This document shows, piece after piece, positions 25,764-36,390 of a DNA stretch of 64,000 bases. The stretch's first letter is position 1; the number at the start of each line of letters is the position of its first letter. Under the pieces are notes generated by a model. It was given only the letters and a program-made list of their open reading frames with translations, was not told where the DNA came from and did no database searches. Source of the stretch: a virus (Duplodnaviria > Caudoviricetes); IMG/VR virus record IMGVR_UViG_3300033420_000004, positions 13,910 to 77,909 of that record. One strand, given 5' to 3'. The position numbers were made by a program, and so were the translations under genes.

Positions 25764-27327
25764 TGATAAATTAGAGCGAACCCGGTTTTTTCAAGCCGAG
25801 GAGTCTGAGATTCTTTCAAAAATGGAAGAAGAAGCTGCCTCGACGGATCAAGTGATGAACACCGCTATTCAAAGCCCTATAGCATTACTGCAGCAAGTCG
25901 GCCTTACCTTGGCGGAATTCATCGAAGTCTTCTGGAGCGAAGTGAGTAAAGACAATTACCATCCCAACTGGCATATAGCTTACCTGTGCAAGGAATTGGA
26001 AGAACTGGCAGAACGTGTGGGTAATAACCAACCCAAAGACCATGATCTTATTATCAACATACCGCCGGGAACCACAAAAACCATCACCTGTAGCATTATG
26101 TTCCCCGTGTGGTGTTGGACAAAATGGCCATGGATTAAATTCATTTGCTGCTCGTACTCAGGATTATTGGCGTTAGAAAGTGCAGAAAAGTCCCGTGATA
26201 TCATGCGCAGCGACAAATTTAAAATGCTGTACCCCAATATCGGTATCAAAGAAGACAAAAACACAAAGAGTAATTATCAAATCTATACCAAGGAACACGT
26301 ATTTCCTGGACAAATGCCAAGACAAGTGCTTGGTGGCACGCGTTACAGCACGTCTGTAGGCGGTACGCTGACAGGGTACCACGGACACATACAAATCGTG
26401 GATGATCCCATTAACCCCACACAGGCAGCCTCTACAACAGAAATTGATAACGCCAATAATTGGGTGGAACAAACACTTAGCACCCGTAAAACCGATAAAG
26501 AAGTTTCTGCAATGATCTTAGTTATGCAGAGATTACACCAAAATGACCCAACAGGACATCTTTTAGAGAAGAAAAAGGAAAATATTCGCCATATTTGTCT
26601 TCCGGGAGAAATACGGAACTATAAAGACATGGCAATGCCTAAAGACGTGGTGAAACATTATATCGACGATTTACTGGACACCCGAAGAATGTCATGGAAA
26701 GTGCTTACCGATATGGAAGCAGATTTAGGGCAATACGGGTTTGCAGGTCAGATTGGACAAAAACCAACTCCCCCAGGAGGAGGTATGTTCAAGGTGGATA
26801 ACATTATTATTATCGATACCTTACCACCAATGAATCAGTTTGTAAGTTGGATCAGATTTTGGGATAAAGCAGGCACAATTGGGAAGGGCGCATTTACAGT
26901 AGGTTTAAAGATGGGAAGAACCCACGCGGGCAAATTCATCATCACAGACATAAAACGAGGGCAATGGGGCTCAGAAACAAGGGAGCGCATAATAAAAAGC
27001 ACCGCCGAGGCAGATGGAGTAGAAATTCCTGTAGGAATTGAGCAGGAACCAGGGTCAGGGGGAAAGGAATCAGCTGAATCAACCGTTAGAAATCTTGTGG
27101 GATTTGTCACAAAAGTAGACAAACCTACAGGAGATAAAGCGTTTCGAGCAGACCCGTTCTCAGTTCAGGTAAATTATGGTAATGTGCAGTTGTTGCGAGG
27201 TGATTGGAACCGGGAGTTCATCGAAGAACTACGGTTCTTCCCATTTGCAACATATAAAGATCAAGTGGACGCAGGAAGTGCAGCGTTTGCGCAACTTGCC
27301 AGTAAGAAATTCGTTAAAAGCTATTAA
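25744..27327 (+). CDS. terL: terminase large subunit
   Basis: IINIPPGTTKT Walker A-like motif, IVDDP Walker B, MQRLHQNDP, nuclease WDKA, EQEPGSGGK and DQVDA. Confidence 0.95.
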   Translation: MEPLQTDDKLERTRFFQAEESEILSKMEEEAASTDQVMNTAIQSPIALLQQVGLTLAEFIEVFWSEVSKDNYHPNWHIAYLCKELEELAERVGNNQPKDHDLIINIPPGTTKTITCSIMFPVWCWTKWPWIKFICCSYSGLLALESAEKSRDIMRSDKFKMLYPNIGIKEDKNTKSNYQIYTKEHVFPGQMPRQVLGGTRYSTSVGGTLTGYHGHIQIVDDPINPTQAASTTEIDNANNWVEQTLSTRKTDKEVSAMILVMQRLHQNDPTGHLLEKKKENIRHICLPGEIRNYKDMAMPKDVVKHYIDDLLDTRRMSWKVLTDMEADLGQYGFAGQIGQKPTPPGGGMFKVDNIIIIDTLPPMNQFVSWIRFWDKAGTIGKGAFTVGLKMGRTHAGKFIITDIKRGQWGSETRERIIKSTAEADGVEIPVGIEQEPGSGGKESAESTVRNLVGFVTKVDKPTGDKAFRADPFSVQVNYGNVQLLRGDWNREFIEELRFFPFATYKDQVDAGSAAFAQLASKKFVKSY

Positions 27328-27329
27328 TT

Positions 27330-28775
27330 ATGGAACGAACAAAGAACCAATCTCCGTTGAATAATGAAGATTTACGGGCATTTGCAAGCGAACTTTCTGC
27401 AAGGAACCAGTTAGCGGCAAAAATAGGCATGACAATGTATGAGGGTAAGAGAAACCTTTACGGAGCTCTTGGATACCCAACAAACCTTGTATTTGATGAT
27501 TTTTTGGCGAGATACATGCGTCAGGATATCGCCAAGGCAATAATTGACAGGCCCGTCACCGCCACATGGCAGGGAGTCTTGGAACTCATAGAAACTGACG
27601 ATGCTGAGGAAACCGCATTTGAGAAAGCCTGGAGAGACCTTAACTACAAATTCAAGCTTAAAGGTGTGTTGGAACGTGCTGACAGGCTTACAGGACTTGG
27701 TGAGTATGGTATTTTATTATTAGGACTTGATGACGTTAGAAATGTTGAAGGGTTTGCAGCTCCTGTAAAATCGGGACCAAGGGTACTAAAGTATTTGAAA
27801 CCGTTCAGCCAACAAACCGCTGTTATCGATACATATGAAACCGACCCATCCAATGAAAGATATGGATATCCGTTAATGTATAGTATCGAGGTAGCGGACG
27901 TTGCAAGCGGTGCAAGTCAGCAGGTAAAAGTGCACTACAGCAGGGTAATTCACATTGTGGACAACTCTCTGGAGTCTGAAATAAAAGGCACACCTAGACT
28001 TCAGGCTGTGTTCAATAGGTTATTTGACGTTGAAAAGATTGTTGGCGGTAGCGCTGAAATGTTTTGGAGAGGCGCACGCCCAGGATTTAAGGGAACCGTT
28101 GACAAAGAGTATACAATGACTCCCGCTGCAAAAGAAACATTGCAAAATGAGATCGAAGAGTATGAAAACAACCTTCGCAGGTTTTTAATCAATGAAGGTG
28201 TGTCCATAGAGGGTATGGAATCGCAGGTATCTGACCCAAAGAACCATCTAGATGTACAATTGACGTTAATTTCTGCAGAGACAGGAATTCCCAAAAGAAT
28301 ATTATCCGGAAGTGAACGTGGGGAGCTTTCTTCAGCACAGGATGTTGGGGAATGGAAAACTTATGTAAAATCACGCAGAGAAAGTTGCGCAGAACCACAA
28401 ATTATACGACCTTTGGTAGACAGGTTCATTGAATTCAAGATACTTCCGAAACCGTCAGAGGAGTACCATATCGATTGGGAAGATTTGTTTGCAACAAGTG
28501 AGCAGGCAAGGGTTGAAATGGGGAAAGCAAGAGCTAACGCACTGCGTGAGTACACATACAACCCACTAGCAGCAATGGTTGTTCCTCCAGACGGGTTTAA
28601 AGAATTCTTCCTTGGATTTGACCGGAAACAGATTGAATACATGAAACAATTGAATACCGATGAGATATTAGAGGAATTGGCTAGCGTACAGGACGTAATG
28701 GCACCTCCTGCACTCGAGGCCCCTGTTGAAAAGAAACCCGAGGCTAAAAAGAAAACAACAACCAGAACTAAATAA
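27330..28775 (+). CDS. portal protein (DUF1073-type)
   Basis: Follows terL; IAKAIIDRP, ADRLTGLGEYG, VHYSRVIH, TGIPKRILSGSE motifs. Confidence 0.85.
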   Translation: MERTKNQSPLNNEDLRAFASELSARNQLAAKIGMTMYEGKRNLYGALGYPTNLVFDDFLARYMRQDIAKAIIDRPVTATWQGVLELIETDDAEETAFEKAWRDLNYKFKLKGVLERADRLTGLGEYGILLLGLDDVRNVEGFAAPVKSGPRVLKYLKPFSQQTAVIDTYETDPSNERYGYPLMYSIEVADVASGASQQVKVHYSRVIHIVDNSLESEIKGTPRLQAVFNRLFDVEKIVGGSAEMFWRGARPGFKGTVDKEYTMTPAAKETLQNEIEEYENNLRRFLINEGVSIEGMESQVSDPKNHLDVQLTLISAETGIPKRILSGSERGELSSAQDVGEWKTYVKSRRESCAEPQIIRPLVDRFIEFKILPKPSEEYHIDWEDLFATSEQARVEMGKARANALREYTYNPLAAMVVPPDGFKEFFLGFDRKQIEYMKQLNTDEILEELASVQDVMAPPALEAPVEKKPEAKKKTTTRTK

Positions 28776-28777
28776 AA

Positions 28778-31351
28778 ATGGCAACAATAGCAGTTGATAC
28801 ATATTTGGATGGTGGTGTCGCAAGGACAGCAGGTGAGGCTTGGACGTGTAACGGCGGTATATTAACTGTTCGTACAGATACAAGATGGCACTTAAATGCT
28901 CCTGCTACAATGACAGGTGCTATAGGTGCTGTTACTGTATCAGCTACTTTAGGCGGTGGTTATTACATAGATGCTACTGCGGTTAGATGGCTTGCTATTA
29001 CTGGCGGTAGCGGAACGCCTGCTATTGGAGATATTGTTAGTCAAGGAGGAGTGTCTGGTTATTATTTAGGTTACTGGGCTTCATTAACAGCAGCTCCTAC
29101 ATTAGCTATAGGTGCTACAGGTTTTATTAAACTTAGAGAAGTTACAGGTGGTGCTTTTAGTGCTGGTGCTTTAACATTTAGTGGTACAGGTGCTGCAACT
29201 GCGAGTGGAGCTGATGTGACAGGTTGGATTGAAGTAGTGCACGATCAGAATGTTACTATTACTGTACCTCGACTTGGTAAGTTCCAAACAAGAGGTGATT
29301 GGTTTTATCTTGACAATACAACGGGAAGTGCTAATCAATTAGTTCAGATTCCTACAAATGGGAGTGCTACTGCTTATGTTCCGGGAGTATGGATTGAAAC
29401 AAGTTCTGGAAGTGGGGTTTATGAATATTATCCTTCTCTGTATGCAGCAGGGATGACTACTACAAACTTAGGTACTGATGCGAGAAGTAAGTTTGTATGT
29501 ATGGAGACTAATGGTAATATACGTATAGGTCATAATGGTACAGCAACTGTAGGGTATGTTCCAACAAGTGGGTGTAAAGTCCGAATACCTAATATACTTG
29601 GAAGACAGGCGTTAGCAGCATCAAGAGCCACAACGGTTATTCCAAGTGCTACAGCATCAACAAGAACAGATTTCCTTACTACTGGTGCTGGTGCTATTGA
29701 CATGGAGTATTTTTCAACTGATTGGTATTTGAATTTTAGTCAGGCTTATTCGTTTAGAGCACATCATTCTTGTACTTTTGATTACTTATCCTTATCAGAA
29801 ATAGCCACTGCATTAGATATTGATGATTTTGGGAAAAGCACATCGCAGTCTGTTGATGTTCGATCTTTTAATGCTACATCTTGCTTCGCTGGTGGTACGA
29901 TAGCCAATTCTAACTTTCAACGTTTCTCATCAGGAACTACCGACCACTCCTTTGAAATCCTTTATTGTAAAGATATAACAATAAGTAATACTAAGTCAGG
30001 AATTATAAACTTTACTCGCTCTTCGGGTATGAGTTTTCAGGTTACACAATCAACCAACATCACTTTTAACAATTGTTACAGCCATAACCAAGGGATTCAA
30101 ATCACTTCATCTTTCAATTGTACGATAAACGACTACGACCATTGTGACAGATATGTAGGAACAACTAACATCACTGGTATTTATGCAATATATATTCTTG
30201 CATCATCAGATAATATAATGGTTGATGGAGTTACATTTGGATATGGAGGTACTATTGCTAATGTTCATCCTTACTTAGGGATATTTAACGTTGGACAAAG
30301 TTCAAATATTAAATTAAGGAATATAGGAAGCAGGGCAACTGCATTGAGTGGTGGTTCGGCAAACAACCCTGCTTATATTTACGTATCGGCTGGTAACAAT
30401 AATGCTGTTAAGTTACAGCGTATTTATATGACACCTACAAGAACAGGGGCAATATCTACACTGAACTCCGATAAGAATGTGATTTATGAGCATGTTTACG
30501 GGGACATGGTAGATGCTATTGTATTAGCTGATCTTAATTCGGTTGCTAAGAATTGTGGTGGTACAACTTCTGTTACAGGACAGGCTTCTGTCTATGGCAC
30601 ACATTTCTGTGATGCTTTCACGTCAGATACAGTAGGCAGGGTAACCCTACCTATGAATGAACAAACAACCGAAACAACTTCATTAATAACTTACGTAGCA
30701 GGTACACCCAAGTTTACAAGTGCAGGGCAGTTAACAATGCAGACTCTTAATGATGAAATAATAATAGAGCAGTCATATTTTGTTAAAGGGTGCACCGCAT
30801 TAACAAATACAGCTCCTATAGTTACAGGAACAAATGTTACTTATTCTTCTGGTGCGAGGTGGGGTAATCATGATATTTATTATCAAATAGATACTGGTAG
30901 TGGCTATGGTGGATCGTGGAAAGACTTAACAGCAACTAATCTTAGTGGGGAGAGTATAACAGCAAGTACAGGTTTCAAACTTAAATATAGGATAGTTACG
31001 GCAACAGCATCAACAACAAATGCCATAACTTATATAAGAATAACAACAACAAGTACATTAGCTTCTCAAACAGATAACCTTTATCCATTAGATACAATCA
31101 CATTAACAGTAACAGGACTTATAAGTGGTTCTGATGTTGTAATATATAAACACAGCGATTTAAGCGTAATTGACTCTGTAGATGCAAATGGAAGTACTAC
31201 TTGGAATTATAATTATGAAACAGCACAGGCAATTGATATAGGAGTGTTTAAAGCAGGGCAGATTCCTTTTTACATAAGGAACTACTCACTTGGGAGTACA
31301 AATTCTTCATTACCAGTGGCGCAAGTATCTGATAGAGCTTATTTAGAATAA
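28778..31351 (+). CDS. large Ser/Thr/Gly-rich virion fibre-like protein with a probable beta-helix
   Basis: 857 aa, Thr/Gly/Ser-rich, regular I.I.N/S repeats in the centre, Ig-like C-terminus ending DRAYLE. Confidence 0.6.
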   Translation: MATIAVDTYLDGGVARTAGEAWTCNGGILTVRTDTRWHLNAPATMTGAIGAVTVSATLGGGYYIDATAVRWLAITGGSGTPAIGDIVSQGGVSGYYLGYWASLTAAPTLAIGATGFIKLREVTGGAFSAGALTFSGTGAATASGADVTGWIEVVHDQNVTITVPRLGKFQTRGDWFYLDNTTGSANQLVQIPTNGSATAYVPGVWIETSSGSGVYEYYPSLYAAGMTTTNLGTDARSKFVCMETNGNIRIGHNGTATVGYVPTSGCKVRIPNILGRQALAASRATTVIPSATASTRTDFLTTGAGAIDMEYFSTDWYLNFSQAYSFRAHHSCTFDYLSLSEIATALDIDDFGKSTSQSVDVRSFNATSCFAGGTIANSNFQRFSSGTTDHSFEILYCKDITISNTKSGIINFTRSSGMSFQVTQSTNITFNNCYSHNQGIQITSSFNCTINDYDHCDRYVGTTNITGIYAIYILASSDNIMVDGVTFGYGGTIANVHPYLGIFNVGQSSNIKLRNIGSRATALSGGSANNPAYIYVSAGNNNAVKLQRIYMTPTRTGAISTLNSDKNVIYEHVYGDMVDAIVLADLNSVAKNCGGTTSVTGQASVYGTHFCDAFTSDTVGRVTLPMNEQTTETTSLITYVAGTPKFTSAGQLTMQTLNDEIIIEQSYFVKGCTALTNTAPIVTGTNVTYSSGARWGNHDIYYQIDTGSGYGGSWKDLTATNLSGESITASTGFKLKYRIVTATASTTNAITYIRITTTSTLASQTDNLYPLDTITLTVTGLISGSDVVIYKHSDLSVIDSVDANGSTTWNYNYETAQAIDIGVFKAGQIPFYIRNYSLGSTNSSLPVAQVSDRAYLE

Positions 31352-31373
31352 AAACAATTTAACACGATAAACA

Positions 31374-32747
31374 ATGGCAAAAATTACTGATCCTGATAAC
31401 CTTAATGTAGGAACTGAGATAACTTTCAATCTTGGGTCTAAAACATTTACGCTTGTTGCTGCTGGCAACCTTGTAGCAAAAGATGGAGTAACTGGAAATG
31501 CTCTTTGGGCTAAATTCGTTGATCTTTGGACATCTTCCACTTATCAACCATATTCATTCCCAATGAACGTGCTTGATGCTCGATCTGGACAATACATCTT
31601 TGGACAAGACCCTGGTGGTTCGTTTAATGGTTGGAAACCTGCAGACGATACTACACGTCAAATGATTCGAGATGCTGGTTGGAGTGAATACTCGGCTGCT
31701 GGGGCATTGAACAGGCAGTATGTAGGACTGGTAGCTCTTGCGTCAGGTTTTCCCGCAGGTGCTCAATTCTACTACCAAAAGGCTTCGGGTGGGGCTGCTG
31801 CTAACTTTACATTTGATGATGCGCCTAATGAAGCAATTCAAGTATTCGGGGATGCTGGTAACGGGGCTTTTGATAGCAGGTCTTACTTTAAGCTATATTG
31901 TCGTGAGGCTAACTACACCTATGACGATGCTGTATTAGGAGATGTTGGGGAGTCAGGAACAGGAGCATTTAAAGTTGCTTTACCTATTTCCGTTGGTAGT
32001 GATTTAAAGATAACTGATTTGGATGCTGAAATGACCAATGCTCCTTATTTAGGAATTGGATTAGAGTATTTTGGTAGTGATCAAACCAGTTACGACATAG
32101 GGGCTTATCCTTTCCGAGTAGTAATTGATAACACGACTGCTAATGCTACTTTAGAAGAGATATACACTAAGATGCAATTCAATCTGCGTCAGACTGGAGA
32201 TATTGATGGTGGAGCAGGTAGTGTTATAGGTAAGACAGCAAATCAATTATGTTACTTTGTAGGAGATACTTTATATACTACTCAGGGAGTATTTATTGAC
32301 GGAGTAATTGCTGCCGATCTTAACCGTGTGGTATTTCTTGACCAAAACAATACAGAGAGAACCTACCCATACGCTTCTGCTGGAGTATTAAATTTCAATG
32401 CCGCTCTTACAAATGGTGGAGCAGGGTATTATCGCATGTATTTCGCTAATGATGACGCAGGATTAAACCTTGGGTATGATTATGGTACAGCTAATGCTAT
32501 TACCGTAAATGATGCGTCTGATAATCCTATTACAGGCGTAATTTCGGGTGCTGCAATAGCCTTTACCTATGACTATGATGGAAACGTACAAAGGGGGGCT
32601 GCATCCGCAGGAGACGATGCTCCTATCGTAGTTGTAGCAGGTAATGCTGGAAACGCCAAGCCTGTAGTTGCTTTAGGAACAATAAATAGGAGTAAAGGTA
32701 TTTCAATTACATTAACCGCTGAGGTTGACAGAGCTTATATCGTATAA
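31374..32747 (+). CDS. putative structural protein
   Basis: 457 aa, acidic, Gly/Ala-rich, beta-rich; ends DRAYIV. Confidence 0.6.
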   Translation: MAKITDPDNLNVGTEITFNLGSKTFTLVAAGNLVAKDGVTGNALWAKFVDLWTSSTYQPYSFPMNVLDARSGQYIFGQDPGGSFNGWKPADDTTRQMIRDAGWSEYSAAGALNRQYVGLVALASGFPAGAQFYYQKASGGAAANFTFDDAPNEAIQVFGDAGNGAFDSRSYFKLYCREANYTYDDAVLGDVGESGTGAFKVALPISVGSDLKITDLDAEMTNAPYLGIGLEYFGSDQTSYDIGAYPFRVVIDNTTANATLEEIYTKMQFNLRQTGDIDGGAGSVIGKTANQLCYFVGDTLYTTQGVFIDGVIAADLNRVVFLDQNNTERTYPYASAGVLNFNAALTNGGAGYYRMYFANDDAGLNLGYDYGTANAITVNDASDNPITGVISGAAIAFTYDYDGNVQRGAASAGDDAPIVVVAGNAGNAKPVVALGTINRSKGISITLTAEVDRAYIV

Positions 32748-32749
32748 TC

Positions 32750-33193
32750 ATGGGATATTCAATTAGTGGACCAAACAAAGTAATAACGCTGACTGCTGGT
32801 ACAACGGTAGTCAGTGTACGTGATCTATGGAGTAGGTGGGTAGATTGGTTTCTTACGGGAGATAATTCCAAATACCTACCAGCCTTTGAATTTGTAGGGG
32901 GAAACGATATTGATGCAGGAGCAGGTACAAAAATTCCAATATATGCCTTTTTAATGAACGGGTGGAAAATAAAACCGCAGGAAGCCAATCATACTTTATC
33001 CATAAGTGATGGTGTTCTTTTGGTTAATGGTGGTGGTGATCCTTTTAACAATACCACAGGAGCATATGTGGTTAGGATTAATTATCAGCAGCCTGTTCAA
33101 GCCATATCCTTTAGTTCGGATGGTGCTGGGGGAATCCCTGCTCAGGATAAGCAAGACATTATTGATGGAGTTTGGACAAAAGTACTACCATAA
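32750..33193 (+). CDS. hypothetical (probable structural) protein
   Basis: 147-aa ORF tightly coupled in the cassette. Confidence 0.7.
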   Translation: MGYSISGPNKVITLTAGTTVVSVRDLWSRWVDWFLTGDNSKYLPAFEFVGGNDIDAGAGTKIPIYAFLMNGWKIKPQEANHTLSISDGVLLVNGGGDPFNNTTGAYVVRINYQQPVQAISFSSDGAGGIPAQDKQDIIDGVWTKVLP

Positions 33194-33429
33194 TGACAAC
33201 GGGTGAAAAAATAGTAGAATTATCAGGATTATCCACAGGAACAGCTATGGATCATTTGCTGGCTATTATTACTGGAGGAGGAACGGGAGATGTATTGGTG
33301 GAAGCTATATTGGAAGCCTCGGTTTCAGTAGATAGTATGACCTGCGAGGTTTTGGATGATAGTATGATTTGTGAAGTAGATGAAGGAGTTTTGGAATGTG
33401 TGGTAACGACAACAATAGTAAATGCTTAA
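33193..33429 (+). CDS. small acidic protein (78 aa)
   Basis: Start placed at MTTGEK (TAATG overlap); C-terminal repeats of xxD.xxCEV. Confidence 0.6.
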   Translation: MTTGEKIVELSGLSTGTAMDHLLAIITGGGTGDVLVEAILEASVSVDSMTCEVLDDSMICEVDEGVLECVVTTTIVNA

Positions 33430-33880
33430 AATTATGAACCCAACTTTTATTTCCGTATTCATTTTCACCGCTTATTTACTGTGGTGTTATTTCATGTTCG
33501 GGATACTTAAATCAGTATCAGCCAGTTATTATGAATTAGCAAAGATGAATAAGGGATTCATTTTCACCTTAGTTCTTTGGGGATTCTCCTTACCAGTAAT
33601 GATAGCAGGGGATTCCGCTTGGTTTTTCCTTGCTGGTTCAGCTATATTCTTTGTCGGGGCTGCTCCAGAGTATAAGTATAAGCTTGAAGGGGATGTTCAT
33701 TATGCTGCTGCGGTATTAAGCATACTATTTGGACTTATTGGAATAGTGGATAAAGGAGACTGGGAAATTGCTTTAGGTTTAGCGGTTGGAATAGCTCTGT
33801 TAAGGCTTGTTAAGAATTACACCTACTGGCAGGAACTTCTTGCTTTCTATGGGATAACACTTTATATAATTTTACGGTAA
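33422..33880 (+). CDS. multi-pass membrane protein
   Basis: 152 aa with about 5-6 hydrophobic segments. Confidence 0.7.
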   Translation: MLKIMNPTFISVFIFTAYLLWCYFMFGILKSVSASYYELAKMNKGFIFTLVLWGFSLPVMIAGDSAWFFLAGSAIFFVGAAPEYKYKLEGDVHYAAAVLSILFGLIGIVDKGDWEIALGLAVGIALLRLVKNYTYWQELLAFYGITLYIILR

Positions 33881-34164
33881 TGCAAAAAATATCATTCATC
33901 TACCCCTCTGATATTGGAGGCTTAAAGACTGACGAGAACGGGAACTATCTTGTACCTGATGGGTTCGAGATATACAAAATTCCTACTGCAGAAGAAGTAC
34001 GGTTGCAAAGGATAGCAGAGCTTCAAGCGCAGATCGACCAGATACAGTTGATGCCTGAGCCGAGTGATCAGGAGTACTTGGAGTTTGGGAAGATGATGCA
34101 TCCTTATTACCATGAGAAAATGAATTTGGAAATATTACAAAACGAGTTAAATAGTCTAATGTAA
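33880..34164 (+). CDS. hypothetical protein
   Basis: 94 aa; TAATG-coupled on both sides. Confidence 0.65.
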   Translation: MQKISFIYPSDIGGLKTDENGNYLVPDGFEIYKIPTAEEVRLQRIAELQAQIDQIQLMPEPSDQEYLEFGKMMHPYYHEKMNLEILQNELNSLM

Positions 34165-35978
34165 TGGCTGTAACGGTTTACACATTAAAAAAACCTGAAC
34201 TAACAGTAACCCTGCAAAGTGGTGGTACTCTATTAGCGGATACCACTTACTATATATTTGGCTATTTTAGGAATAAAATAGGAAGTGGTTATCACGATTA
34301 TGGTAATTCTCCATTCGGAGTGATTCAATCATTTACTACTACAACTGTAAATAGGAGTATTTCAGTTTATTGGAAAACTACATATAACATTACAGGATTT
34401 GAAAATGCTGGTGGTGGTTTATTAAGAGTTCTAAGTGCTGAACATAATTTAGCCACAGGAAATGAGATAATCATTGAAAATGGAGTTTATGCAGGCACAT
34501 ATACAATAACAAGAGAAAATTATAATAGCTTCACTATTGTCATAGCTTATAGCAGTACTTATGCTACTACATTCAGATGTGAAAATGGAACAGTAGGTAA
34601 ATATGGGGCAACTTTTGCAAGTAGCGGCGTTTCAATTGTATTATATATTTCAACAACTAATCCATATTATTCTGATACGATCTATGACACATTAACAGCT
34701 AAATACTCCCATGCTTATTACAGTGTTGGTTATGCAACAAATAATATTGTAATAACATCGGAGTATAACACTCAATATTATAATGCATTTCATTTTAGTG
34801 TTAAATATTGGGGTCATGTATTACCAGCTTGGTGTAAAGTTAGAGAAAGGGGTCAACCTACTATTTTATGTGACGCTAACGATACAGCAAATGATATTAA
34901 GCAAGCAATAATTGATGCTAAAATTGAAGACCTTGCTTATGCCACTGATTTTGAAATTGTAAGTTATGGCAGTATTTTTTATATAGGTGTAGCAAGTACC
35001 GTAACATTTTCAAATATTAGTATTAAAATGCTGTTATCAGTGCTATCAATTAAAAATGACAGGAAATATTATTTGATATTTAATAAATGTACTTATGTAT
35101 GCTGGTATATACCATATAAGGCATACGTAGATTGTGCAGCAAATGACAGCCAGTTATTTCTGTCAGGTATGGAGAGGATACCAATAGGTAATAACAATAC
35201 TTATATATTACAACTTTCCATAAATATATATATTGCTTCATTAGCAGTAGAAGGTAAATTATTTGAAAATGCGAAAGTTACATTTCTTACAACATCTGGT
35301 TTTCTTTTAGCGCTTATGTCTAAAGCAGATGCCCCAACAATGCAATTTGAATGCTATATAAATAATATTGAAATTACTAATGCATATTTAATAACTGATA
35401 TAAGTGGTAATAATTATGGAGTACTTAGACCAGCAAAAAATGTTACTATAAATAGTAATTATTCATTTGATGTTCAGCCCACTACAAGGATTATGGCATA
35501 TCCAGATATGTACTTTGAAAATATCAATACTTCGAGAGCAAACAATGAGAAGTTTACCTATATGACATATACTAATCCATTGGTAGACCGAGTACATTAC
35601 ATGAGGAAGGGTATAATTAATGTTAAAAATACTTTAGGAGTAGCAATTTCAGGAGCAGATATTCAAATAAAAGATAACACAGGCAGATTATATACTGGAA
35701 CCACAGATATAAATGGGCAATTTACTTATGATGTTGAAGAGCAACTGAGTACTAAACCATTAGTGTATATGCTTGTTGCTCCAAGTGTTTTATACAATAA
35801 CTTTGAAATAACGGTATCTAAAAGCGGAATGCAGACAAGTAAAGAAGTACATACCAGTTTAAAAGGCAAGGATGTAGTTGATATCTTTTTACTAGAACCC
35901 GTTGAAGTTCCTATGGTAGAGACTATTATTAACGCCAATATAATTTCAGACCAAATAGAGTGTTTAATTACAGAATAA
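34164..35978 (+). CDS. putative receptor-binding or fibre protein
   Basis: 604 aa, visibly AT-rich DNA, Tyr/Asn-rich beta-structure; C-terminal GADIQIKDN...TTDING Ig-like (carboxypeptidase-regulatory-like) pattern. Confidence 0.55.
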   Translation: MAVTVYTLKKPELTVTLQSGGTLLADTTYYIFGYFRNKIGSGYHDYGNSPFGVIQSFTTTTVNRSISVYWKTTYNITGFENAGGGLLRVLSAEHNLATGNEIIIENGVYAGTYTITRENYNSFTIVIAYSSTYATTFRCENGTVGKYGATFASSGVSIVLYISTTNPYYSDTIYDTLTAKYSHAYYSVGYATNNIVITSEYNTQYYNAFHFSVKYWGHVLPAWCKVRERGQPTILCDANDTANDIKQAIIDAKIEDLAYATDFEIVSYGSIFYIGVASTVTFSNISIKMLLSVLSIKNDRKYYLIFNKCTYVCWYIPYKAYVDCAANDSQLFLSGMERIPIGNNNTYILQLSINIYIASLAVEGKLFENAKVTFLTTSGFLLALMSKADAPTMQFECYINNIEITNAYLITDISGNNYGVLRPAKNVTINSNYSFDVQPTTRIMAYPDMYFENINTSRANNEKFTYMTYTNPLVDRVHYMRKGIINVKNTLGVAISGADIQIKDNTGRLYTGTTDINGQFTYDVEEQLSTKPLVYMLVAPSVLYNNFEITVSKSGMQTSKEVHTSLKGKDVVDIFLLEPVEVPMVETIINANIISDQIECLITE

Positions 35979-36014
35979 ATAGTATATTTATCTAATTTTT
36001 AAAAAATTACTAAA

Positions 36015-36371
36015 ATGGCCATATCATTAATCGAGGACAGAACCTTATACAAGGGAAACAGTTGGGAACCAGGGATTGCCATAACTGAGAATAGCGTGGC
36101 GAAGGACTGTACCAATTTGGAATGTAAGTTAGTGATAAAAGCAACTAATGACTTCGCTGAACCTGTAGTACTTGAAATACCTATTGAGTGGGTAAGTCAG
36201 GCAGGGGGAACGGGTAAATTTACTCTGGTTCCTGCTAAAAGTGAAACCTTAGCCGAGGACACCACGTATTTCTATGAAATTATTTTGTACGATGCAGAAA
36301 GCACCTTGGAGTATGCAAAGACTATCAAGAAGGGCAAATTGAAAGTATTATCTTCACTGGGAGTAGAATAA
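36015..36371 (+). CDS. BppU-N-like adaptor domain protein
   Basis: YKGNSW...DCTNLECKLVIK...GKFTLVP...TYFYEI...IKKGKL pattern of BppU N-terminal domains. Confidence 0.55.
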   Translation: MAISLIEDRTLYKGNSWEPGIAITENSVAKDCTNLECKLVIKATNDFAEPVVLEIPIEWVSQAGGTGKFTLVPAKSETLAEDTTYFYEIILYDAESTLEYAKTIKKGKLKVLSSLGVE

Positions 36372-36390
36372 CCTTATAATAAAGAACCCG

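Noticed and set aside
27330-28775. Portal as an anti-CBASS Acb1 protein
   Set aside because: DUF1073 portals are sometimes labelled this way, but size, position after terL and portal motifs indicate a portal; no 2H phosphoesterase HxT/S motifs were recognised.
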